Notes under the pieces: generated by a model
Databases searched by the model: none
What the model saw: only the letters and a program-made list of their open reading frames with translations
Told to the model about the DNA's origin: nothing
Shown: one piece after another, positions 1 to 9,314 of the stretch
Layout: every line of letters starts with the position of its first letter
Position numbering within the stretch: the stretch's first letter is position 1
Assembly: GCF_000400465.1 (NCBI RefSeq)
Contig: NW_008806306.1
Coordinates: 1-24,676, forward strand
Reading direction: 5' to 3'
Origin: Wallemia ichthyophaga EXF-994
Taxonomy: Eukaryota > Fungi > Basidiomycota
Length of the DNA stretch: 24,676 nt
Program-made: the position numbers and the translations under genes

Positions 1-3000
1 GTGACCATAGTGAAGCTTACCGCCAATTTGTGACAGTGCTCTGGCTGCCATAGTACCGAAGGTCTGCTCCTTACCAGCAGCAATATCACCAAGAATACCA
101 ATGTTTTCAGAGAAAATATATTCACGAGCACCTAAGATAGCAACTGGAGATTTCTTGAACTCTGACTGACCGAAATGCTCATAAGGCGACTGATTTGAAA
201 CAGCATATTCTTCAAATTCACCAAGAACGTTACGGATCTTAAGACACTCTTCGAGGTAATTGTCCTGATATGTTGTGAGCTGATGCATAATTATCATACC
301 CACAAAAGAATACTCACCTGATTGGCATCGATAAGCTGGAGGTATTCACCGCGGTAGAAAATCATTGCATGGTTTTGATTGTCCGATTTACCATCACCGA
401 GAATTGGGTTACCTGGTAGCTCGACACGGAACTTAGGACGACGTTTACCATCAGGCATAATTTCCGAGTGACCGTCAATCAGCGCTGAGAACATACGTGG
501 TTCAGCACCCTCCTTTCTTGGTGGCTCTTCGTCGATGTATGCGATCTGGAGGTCTGGATAAGCGCGCAAAACAAACTCTGCATTCTCTTGCTCCTCCTTA
601 TTGAATTTGGAGTATCTTTGCATAGAGATAATGAATTTGAATTTACGTCTGGACATGTACTCCAATTCACGTTCCAATCTGTCAGTGTTACCACCAAAGA
701 GCTGTACCACCTCTGGGTTCTCAACACGGTAGAGTAACTTGATTGCCTTGCTGTAATTCATAAATCCGGAAATGGTACGGTAGAGAGTTTGAGCTCTAAG
801 TGATGCCCAGATACGGGTACGCAGTGTGTACTCTGGTGCTGCACTCTTGAAACCAATGCAGTAAAAAGGCAAATCGTCTGTCTTCTTTGGCGTGTCTTTT
901 TCGTCTTGTGATGGCGATCCACCGAATGGATAGCTACCGGGACCACCATATGCTGCCGATTCTTCTGCCAATATCTTAGTGTCTTTCACGAAGTTATCCC
1001 ACTCCACTGGGTGCAATTGCTTAAGGTACTCAAGCATTGTAACCCTTGTGTTGGTATCTTCTTCACGAATAATTTCTCTAAGAGATAACAGAATCTTTTC
1101 GGAGTAGTGCGGAACCAAGACCGTGAAAGTTGGCATTGCATCGACTGGTAGAGGTTCAGGGATAGAAGTAGTCAATGACTGAGAGAAGAAAGAGATACGA
1201 CGCTCGGCTTCTGAGCCCGGTGGGAAGAACTCCGCCTTGAGACCGCGGTCCTCCTGGCTGATGAAGAAGGCTGGTGCTCTAAGTGTGCGCTTGCCATCAT
1301 GTTCTGACGGAACTTGGTGGTAGAGAAGCTTTTGGACGTGGTCGATCGAAAGCAGGTGCTCACGATACATAGATATAATGATTGCGTTCCACACTTGCGA
1401 TACCAGCACCTTAGGTTTGTATTTGACTTCCATGTCAGCTGTAGCGAGCAACTTGGCGTAAATACGCTTAGGAAGGCGCTGGAAGATATCTTTCCAAGGC
1501 GTCCAGATGGATAGACCGAGTGCGAATGAACGCGCAACAGAGAATACGGATGACCAGATGACATACCATAGGTACTGTGGGACTGTTAGAATTAAAGCGT
1601 TGCATGTACATCCAACTCACAGTGTCTAAGAAGAAAAGACTCAAGTCCATGATAAACATGATTGTCAGGGTAAATGCAGCTTGGTTGGTACACAAAGCAT
1701 CACCAAAGAGCTTATCATTGCAATTTTGAATCTTCATTCCAACCATGACAGCCAATGGATCCTTGAACGAGAGCGTCAAGAAGAAGTACGACTCAGTGAA
1801 CTTGCATCCAAAGACCAAAACCCAGAGAAGGAGTGAGGTGACACGTGCGCTGGCGGAGAGAGATGGATAGGATGCAGTGAATGTTTGACTGGCAGCGTAC
1901 TTTCTATTGTTACCGCTAACTCTGTCACCGAGAATACGACCAGAAGGAACGATACCGAAAAAGACAGTGACCAAAACAGAGAAGGCGAACTGACAAATAG
2001 AAAGAATTAAAGCTTTCCTAGTTTCTCTGTCGTAACCAGCAATGTAGATGGTTGGTCCCACACAACCAGCCAAGCAAATGATCAGGAAGACAAGCTTGCG
2101 GGAGAGATTCGACGCGTTGTGCCAAGTAGTAGGAATAAAGATAAGTTCAGCGAGAGTAGCGCCAAGCATAATAACGGTTGCGACACCACCACCGAGAGCG
2201 GTAGCAGACCACTGCATTGGCTTGGTTGGAGCAGGGTCACCATAACGACGGTATACGTTTGGAGCGTTCCAAGCAGTAAAGTACCAAAAGACAGCAATGT
2301 GAGCGATCCAAATACGATTAAAGTTGACCAACAAGTGAAAGAAGGATCTGGATTCCTTGAAAGTCTTGAAGAAAACGGCATACCAGTCAATCTTGTCAAA
2401 CTTTAGGAAACGTTGGGCTGGAGGGATGTCGACTAATCGAGTCTTATCACTGAGAACAATCCTGTTAATACCTTCAGGGTACCAGAAGAGCTGATTAATA
2501 TCGTCGTAACCAATAATTTTTTCGTGGTCCTGTTCACGCTTAACAAACTTTCCATCGACAATCTCGTATCCCTGGTCACGATAATATCTGTAGAGGGGCT
2601 TGATAACGGCGCGAAGGTATAGGCCTTCTGGAACAGGGTCTGTTCTGCTCTGACACTCAGGGGAACGATAGTAATCGTCTGCGCACTTGAAGATGAAACA
2701 AACGCATTCAGGCATGAAACGAACGTTACCAGCTTCACCCCAGCAGAGAAGGTATAATGCGATTTGACGAAGTCTGTCGTAGGGTGACATGTTGTTCATT
2801 GCCTCGCGCCAGCGGCTCTTGGCAGATTCAAGAGATTTCTGACCAGCTGACATGAGTTTAGGCTTCTTACCCTTAGGGAAGGGGAAGGTGCCCAAGTTGG
2901 ATTGACCAATTGCATCGTCGAGATCGAGTTGAGCAGCAAAGTACCATTTGCGGTAGTTGGCGTGCTCACCACCGATGTAATCGGCGTGGAGAGTGGTCAA

Positions 3001-3460
3001 AGCCTGGTCAGGACTCATTCTCGAAGACCTAGAATCGAGCTGAATCATGAGGTGGTCGAAGAGATTCCTCGAGGAATCGCGCTGAAAACCGAATTTATTG
3101 GTCAAATCGATGAAAATATCTTCGATTTCTTCTTTGGACATTGGGATTTGATTTTCAACGGTCCAGCTCGGGTAAGGCTCACGGGGCCTCTGTTCGCGAA
3201 AACTGGGGTGAGGACCACCGAGAAAAGAAGGGGAACTGGTACCAGAGTTGTAGGCGTTTTTGTTGTTCATGAGGGAGTCGGTGGAGGCACCAAAACTGTT
3301 GTCAGGTCTGCGGGCTGAGGAAAGTGTGAGGGCTATAGAGTCATAAAAAGACGGAATACTCACGGTAATCCCAATCAGGCTCGTTGAAAGGATCGTCTAG
3401 CTCATCGATTGAGTGGTTATGCTGAGCGTGGTTGCTGTAATGCTGACCGTTGTAGGCCAT
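1..3460 (-). CDS. FKS1: 1,3-beta-glucan synthase catalytic subunit (GT48), copy A; 3' part runs off the left edge
   Basis: Model: ATG 3460 ([11 protein letters not shown]...DWDY), intron 3363-3315 (49 nt, GTGAGT..CAG), exon to ...FFLDT, intron 1620-1575 (46 nt, CTAAC branch), exon [17 protein letters not shown]...[23 protein letters not shown], intron 317-265 (53 nt), exon [14 protein letters not shown]...[27 protein letters not shown]...GGKLHYGH to base 1. All junctions keep frame. The motifs ([42 protein letters not shown]) are diagnostic FKS/callose-synthase signatures. Confidence 0.97.
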
Positions 3461-3772
3461 ATTTGCAGTCAGATTGAGAAAAGGTATAAATTAAGCTAAA
3501 ATGATAAAATCAAGTATTTCTTGATTATTTTATTTTTAACTCTTGGTGGTTTCCTGTAAAGGCTGCGACACGCTAAATTCCAAGCAGAGAGGGGCGCGGA
3601 GATGAACTAATTTGGAAGGTTAGACGGGTGAAACGCGGAAAACGCAATAGACGAATGTACGCAATGGGTAAATTAATTTTTATATTGTATATTATATTCG
3701 TTTATACATTCCATCACATTTTTGTAATAATGAGGTACTTATGAAAATATTCACTAAAGCGTTGCCTCGTAT

Positions 3773-3778
3773 ACGCGT
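3773..3778. promoter_or_regulatory. MCB-type element (ACGCGT) in the divergent FKS/membrane-protein promoter
   Basis: Exact ACGCGT at 3773-3778, with another ACGCG core at 3633-3637. MCB is the established MBF G1/S element in yeasts; function here is inferred. Confidence 0.35.
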
Positions 3779-4033
3779 TCATTGGAGTACATTAAGGGTG
3801 TCTTAGGTGTTCCGCGGACATGTAAAGAACCGTGCCTTGTTATCTAGCAACATCTCCTAGAATCAGTGAGGTCATTCAACGCACGGGCCAAGGTACTGAG
3901 GATTGAAATAAATAGGGTTATAATGGGTGGAGGGGTCGTGTGAGTTGAATGGTGGTGATTAAAGTGTGGAATTTCTATTATTCGTCTGGATCTCTCCATG
4001 TCTGGTGTTCTGAGATTGATGTGATATTCACCG

Positions 4034-4040
4034 TATATAA
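4034..4040 (+). promoter_or_regulatory. TATA-like element upstream of the membrane-protein gene
   Basis: TATATAA 70 nt upstream of the ATG at 4104. Confidence 0.35.
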
Positions 4041-4103
4041 TCTCGCAGTCAGTGCATACAGACGCAGTCATCAAGTGCGGTTAGTGCATCCAAGAAGAAC
4101 ACA

Positions 4104-5804
4104 ATGAATTTACGAATATATTTTATTAATTGCTTGTTTCTTGCTCACTGATTCCAATTTTTTGTTACTCCCCTTCATTCCAGTCATCGTAGCTGCGCTG
4201 CTTCCTTCTCCCAGCCATTGTCAAATACCCACGAGATGGATCGCCATCTCCCAGCGCCCACTCCTGCGCCATACCCGTCTAAGCCCGCCATCTCCCACTC
4301 TACCAGCTCCCGCGCAAACTCCCACCGCAACAAAGTCAGGAAGAGAGTACGCGCTAATTCTCCATTGAGCAAGAGGTACGGCGCTGGGACTGCCCCAGAC
4401 AACGATGGCTATCCTGACTGCGATAGCGTTGGCAACGATGTCGTTACGTGTTACCCGAGTACAGATACCTCACTCACCTCTGGTGATTATTCTAAAATCA
4501 TCTGGAATCCAAATCTGCCCCAGTTGTCGGTTCTTATTTCTGTTTATCCCCCCATCTAACTTCCATCCAGCACTGAAAACGGCAATCTCGATATTTATCT
4601 CTTTTCTGCCGATACCGAGCAAGTCGTTGAAAGCTGGCAAGATGTCCCCAATCAGCGTGGCTCTCAGCCTATTCACCCTGGTGATAATTGGTGGTCTCCT
4701 ATCGATGACAGCTGGGGTCCTTACGATGCTCAGGATCCTTCTCAGTGGTCTGACACTACCCGCGACTGGACTTATTACGCCGTTCTCAAGCCAGCGGGTC
4801 AGTCTCTTGATGGCGGTGAAGAGCACCAGGCCACTTTCACTGCTGTCCAAACGGCGCCTTTACAAAATCTCGTTCAATCTTCTTCATCTTCCTCATTCTC
4901 TCTAGCCAGTTCCAGGTCAAGTGTTTCTAGTGTTTCTACCGTTTCTTCGGCGTCTACAGCTTTCACTGCGTCCATGTCCGATCCTTCCTTTGCTTCCAGC
5001 GTTTCCACAGCCTCTACAGCCTCTACAGCCTCCATGTCCGGCTCTGACCAATCCAGTGCGGCCACTGCACTTGCAACGGAGTCCATTATATCGTCAGTCT
5101 CAAGTGTTTCTTCGGCCTCTTTAGCCAGTCTATCGTCGATATCCGCGTCCGACAGCGAGCGCTATTCATCGATAACCCAGTCCAACCTATCCACCCAGTC
5201 GGTGTTGTCGACGGCAGCGTCCAACAGTCTGCTCACAACGACAAACTCAAACGGCGACAAAATTACATCTTCAGTGAGGGTGACGCCCACGGGCGTGCTG
5301 CAGAACCAGAGCGCCGATGATGATTTCCCAGCATGGGCGATTGCGGTGATAGTAGTGCTCGGCGTACTAGCGCTGCTCGGAATTGCGGGTGGAATGTATC
5401 TGCTAGCGCGACACTGGCGGAGCGCACGTGGTGCAGCTGCCGCCACTGCTGCGGAGGCGGGTGGAGCGGCTGGCGGGGCTGCTGGTGCTGGTGCGGGTGA
5501 GGGTTCTGCAGCTGCTGGTGCTGCTGGTTTAGGTGCTGGTGCCGGCGCAGCGGCTGCAGGCGCCGGTGCACGGTCTAGTGGTGCTTCTTCGGAGAACGGA
5601 AATGCAAACGGGGCGGATAGAGAAGGCCCCATTACGTCTAATGAGGCTGCTGCTATGGCCGATGCTTTCAGACAAGCACTCCGATCGCCTGGCTTTGACG
5701 CTGGGGCGGCTGGAGTGGCTGCTGGTGAAGGTGCGTCGGGATTACAGCAGAATTCTGCAGCGAGACAGCCGGAAGTGGTACATGGCTCTGAAGCGTCGCA
5801 CTAG
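4104..5804 (+). CDS. Uncharacterised type I membrane protein with Mid2/Wsc-like architecture; 5' end uncertain
   Basis: Intron 4526-4570 (45 nt, GTCGGT..CTAAC..CAG) joins ...IIWNPNLPQF to TENGNLDIYLFSADTEQVVESWQDV...DNWW...ATFTAVQT. This reads in frame into the Ser/Thr-rich ORF 4974-5804. TM helix AWAIAVIVVLGVLALLGIAGGMYLLA at about 5331-5408, then a Gly/Ala-rich tail with AMADAFRQALRSP. The start is either ATG 4104 (needs a weak GTTTCT intron 4136-4183) or ATG 4236. Confidence 0.8.
5007..5033 (+). repeat. 9-nt coding tandem repeat (ACAGCCTCT x3; TAS TAS TAS)
   Basis: ACAGCCTCT ACAGCCTCT ACAGCCTCC, read directly, within the Ser/Thr-rich stalk. Confidence 0.75.
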
Positions 5805-5914
5805 CCTACAACCACTTATAGCCACTTATAGCAACTTGACATGACTTAATTTATTTGTAATATGGACACTAACTTGGTCTAATGAATTTATATATACCTT
5901 TGTTAGTTACCGCG

Positions 5915-8900
5915 ATGGCTCACAATGATGCGTGGATCAGCGATGCGTTTTTAACTCATTTAGGCGTTGCAGATGGGAAAATGGTCGAATACGCTAAGGA
6001 TATTGCATCCACTGCCAAATCAACAGAATCCCTCTACTCCAAACTGACCAGCCTCGGTTTCCCAGCTGGCGCAGATGTTTCCAATTTCGCTGCCCATCTC
6101 TACAGTGCAGTGCCCAAGAAATCAAAGCACAAGCATTCATTCAATTTGCACGAATCAAGGGACTCTAGGAAAAAGAAGGAGCGACTCGCCGTTGATCAAA
6201 ACTCGCAAAGATACGGTCTTCTCTTGGAAGATGACAACGACGACAACGGCAACACTCCCAGCACCTCCAATCTCCCATCTAAGAAAAGAGACAAAAAATC
6301 AAAGGATAAGCGATCTTTTAGAAGGAGAGATGACGACGACGCTTGGAAGAGCGATGACGAGGATAAATCCCGAAAGCGTGCGAGAGATATCTCCCCATCT
6401 CCTCCCCAAGGTGGAATAGATGACAATATTGAAGACGAGGATGCTAAGGAGAGAAGATTGGTTGAAGAGGATGCTCGAGAGCGTGATGAATTCGCCGAGC
6501 GTATGAAAGACAAAGACCGAGACCGCACCAAGAAGCTCGTCGAAGATCGCACCAATGACAGCGAGACAGTGCTACGAAGGAAGCTCGCCGACGATAAAGA
6601 CGCGCGCAAAGAAGCTATGCCTGATCTCCGTCTCCGTTCGCGCCAGGAATACCTCACTAAGCGTGAAATGCAGCAGTTGGAATTACTTAAGAAGAGCATC
6701 GCTGATGAAGAGTCCATGTTTGCTGGGGTGGCCATGTCCAGGCAAGAAATTGAGGAACTAGATCGCAAGAAGGCTGCACTCGCACTCGCTGAAGAACGTC
6801 TCAGGATTGATGACAAAGTTGACGGTTACATGCTCCCAGATGACTATATCACCGAGCAAGGTAAAATCGATTCCAAGAAGAAGAATAACGTTTTATATGC
6901 ACGCTATGAGGAGGGCAAGAAGGGTCAGGATCCTTCTGAGTTTGTTACTGATGTCGATCAGTGGGAGAAAGAGCAAACTGATAAGGCTCAGCTCACTACC
7001 GGTGCCCAAGACAGAGAAGTGACTGTAGACGATTATGACTTTGTCTTTGATGAGTCCCAGACAATCAAGTTTATCGCCGATTCCACCCTCTCAGGCAACA
7101 AGAGACAGACAACCGAACAAGCTCAGATGGAGGCTTCCATACAGGAGGCTGAAAATAGAGCAAAGTCCATCGATCAAGTCAGGAAGTCTCTCCCTATCTA
7201 TGATTACAGGGGCGATATACTACAGGCTGTCCAAGACCATCCCGTGCTTATCGTCTGTGCAGAGACAGGATCTGGAAAGACCACTCAACTCACCCAATAC
7301 CTCCATGAAGCGGGATACACTAAGAATGGACGTAAAATTGGATGTACGCAGCCTAGACGTGTCGCTGCAATGTCTGTTGCTGCCAGAGTGGCTGAGGAGA
7401 TGGGTAGCAAGGTTGGATATGATGTCGGATATTCTATTCGGTTTGAAGACATGACGACTGACAAAACTATGATTAAGTACCTCACTGATGGTATGCTTCT
7501 TAGGGAATTCCTCACTGAACCTGATCTCGCTAGCTACTCGGCTCTCATCATTGACGAGGCGCATGAACGTACACTCTCGACTGACATTTTGTTCGGCTTG
7601 GTGAAAGACATTGCTAGATACAGACCTGATCTTAGGCTATTGATATCTTCCGCGACGATGGATGCCGAGAAATTTAGCGAGTATTTTGATGACGCACCGG
7701 TCTTCTATGGTGAGTCAGCTTCAGAAGAGATTGAGTCGGTAACTGATACGGCTGCAGTACCCGGGCGTCGCTACCCGATCGATATTCACTACACACCGCA
7801 ACCCGAAGCCAACTACCTACATGCGGCGGTGACAACGGTGTTTCAAATTCACACTACGCAACCGCGGGGCGATATTCTCGTCTTTTTGACTGGTCAGGAC
7901 GAGATTGAAGCTGCGGCGGAGAATATACAGGAGACAGCGCGTGTGCTTGGCGACAGGATACCTGAGCTGCTCGTGTGTCCCATCTACGCAAACTTACCTT
8001 CAGAAATGCAGGCTAAGATATTCGAGCCGACGCCGCAAGGTGCACGCAAGGTGGTGCTTGCAACTAACATTGCCGAGACGTCTATCACGATTGATGGTGT
8101 CGTTTTCGTCATTGACCCCGGTTTCGTTAAGCAAAACGCTTATAACCCCCGCACTGGCATGAGCAGCCTGATCGTAACGCCGTGCTCTCGTGCAGCTGCT
8201 AAACAGCGCGCTGGACGTGCCGGTCGTGTTGGCCCGGGTAAATGTTTCCGCCTCTACACCAAATGGGCACACAATAACGAGCTCGACGAGAGCACTGTGC
8301 CGGAAATTCAACGCACTAATCTGGGCATGGTCGTGCTTATGCTGAAGAGTTTGGGTATTAACGATCTTATCGGGTTCGATTTTATGGATCCTCCGCCAGG
8401 AGAGACTATCATAAAGGCACTCGAGATGCTCTATGCACTTGGCGCACTCAATAGCAAGGGAGAGCTAACTAAGATGGGTAGAAGAATGGCGGAGTTTCCG
8501 GTCGACCCTATGCTGAGCAAGAGCATATTAGCGAGTGAGGGCTACGGGTGCACGGATGAGGTGCTCAGTATAATCGCTATGCTTTCCGAGTCTGCCTCTC
8601 TGTTTTTCCGCCCTAAGGATAAGAAGATGCATGCAGACAAAGCTAGACAGAACTTCATCAAGCCTGGTGGAGACCACTTTACGCTGCTGAATGTATGGCA
8701 GCAGTGGGCCGATACCGGATTTAGTCAGCAGTGGTGTTACGAGAACTATGTGCAGTACAAGGTGCTCTGTCGGGTGCGAGATATTCGAGATCAATTGGCA
8801 GGACTGTGCGAGAGGGTGGAGCTCTTTGTCGAGAGCAGCGTGAAGGCTGACGATATCATACCCATCCAGAAGGCCATCCTGAGCGGCTACTTTTACAACA

Positions 8901-9226
8901 CCGCGCGGATGGACAAGGGAGGCGGGTCGTATAGGACGCTGAAAAGTAGGTGTAAGAGTTTTCTTTTGCGCAAACTCGCTAACCACGCCCTATCAGCCAA
9001 CCAGACTGTGCATATACACCCGACTAGCTCGGCATTCAACATGCAGCCGCCACCTCGACACATGCTCTTCTACGAGCTCGTACTCACTTCGAAAGAGTAT
9101 ATGCGACAGATAATGCCTATCCAGTCCAGCTGGCTGGCAGAAGTCGCACCGCACTACTTCACGTCGCAAGACCTCCAGGACCTTAACACGAGCAACAGGA
9201 AAATGCCCAAAGCGGTAGGGAAGTAG
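5915..9226 (+). CDS. PRP2: Pre-mRNA splicing DEAH-box helicase Prp2/Cdc28/DHX16
   Basis: Motifs AETGSGKTT, CTQPRRVAA, DEAHER, SAT, ATNIAETSIT, QRAGRAGR. Subfamily-like segments LRSRQEYLTKRE, DQWEKEQ and DILFGLVKDIARYRPDLRLLISSAT. Likely ATG 5915. Introns 7710-7757 (48 nt) and 8946-8996 (51 nt) restore APVFYVPGRRYP and RTLKTNQTVHIHP. Confidence 0.94.
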   Translation: MAHNDAWISDAFLTHLGVADGKMVEYAKDIASTAKSTESLYSKLTSLGFPAGADVSNFAAHLYSAVPKKSKHKHSFNLHESRDSRKKKERLAVDQNSQRYGLLLEDDNDDNGNTPSTSNLPSKKRDKKSKDKRSFRRRDDDDAWKSDDEDKSRKRARDISPSPPQGGIDDNIEDEDAKERRLVEEDARERDEFAERMKDKDRDRTKKLVEDRTNDSETVLRRKLADDKDARKEAMPDLRLRSRQEYLTKREMQQLELLKKSIADEESMFAGVAMSRQEIEELDRKKAALALAEERLRIDDKVDGYMLPDDYITEQGKIDSKKKNNVLYARYEEGKKGQDPSEFVTDVDQWEKEQTDKAQLTTGAQDREVTVDDYDFVFDESQTIKFIADSTLSGNKRQTTEQAQMEASIQEAENRAKSIDQVRKSLPIYDYRGDILQAVQDHPVLIVCAETGSGKTTQLTQYLHEAGYTKNGRKIGCTQPRRVAAMSVAARVAEEMGSKVGYDVGYSIRFEDMTTDKTMIKYLTDGMLLREFLTEPDLASYSALIIDEAHERTLSTDILFGLVKDIARYRPDLRLLISSATMDAEKFSEYFDDAPVFYGESASEEIESVTDTAAVPGRRYPIDIHYTPQPEANYLHAAVTTVFQIHTTQPRGDILVFLTGQDEIEAAAENIQETARVLGDRIPELLVCPIYANLPSEMQAKIFEPTPQGARKVVLATNIAETSITIDGVVFVIDPGFVKQNAYNPRTGMSSLIVTPCSRAAAKQRAGRAGRVGPGKCFRLYTKWAHNNELDESTVPEIQRTNLGMVVLMLKSLGINDLIGFDFMDPPPGETIIKALEMLYALGALNSKGELTKMGRRMAEFPVDPMLSKSILASEGYGCTDEVLSIIAMLSESASLFFRPKDKKMHADKARQNFIKPGGDHFTLLNVWQQWADTGFSQQWCYENYVQYKVLCRVRDIRDQLAGLCERVELFVESSVKADDIIPIQKAILSGYFYNTARMDKGGGSYRTLKSRCKSFLLRKLANHALSANQTVHIHPTSSAFNMQPPPRHMLFYELVLTSKEYMRQIMPIQSSWLAEVAPHYFTSQDLQDLNTSNRKMPKAVGK

Positions 9227-9314
9227 CGGTGACTGTATTGATTATGTAAAAACAAATATAATATATGCCGCACATGCCAATATTTACTTGTTTTGGCCGA
9301 ACCATCATCCATTA

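Noticed and set aside
3361-3363. ORF-track start of FKS at GTG 3363 (MSIPSFY...)
   Set aside because: This GTG is the GTGAGT splice donor; an upstream exon from ATG 3460 splices in frame.
4874-5632. Antisense and alternative-frame ORFs (4874-5086, 5162-5632, 5263-5571) with repetitive Ala/Pro/Gln/Glu
   Set aside because: Shadows of low-complexity Ser/Ala/Gly codon runs in the membrane-protein gene; no independent motifs.
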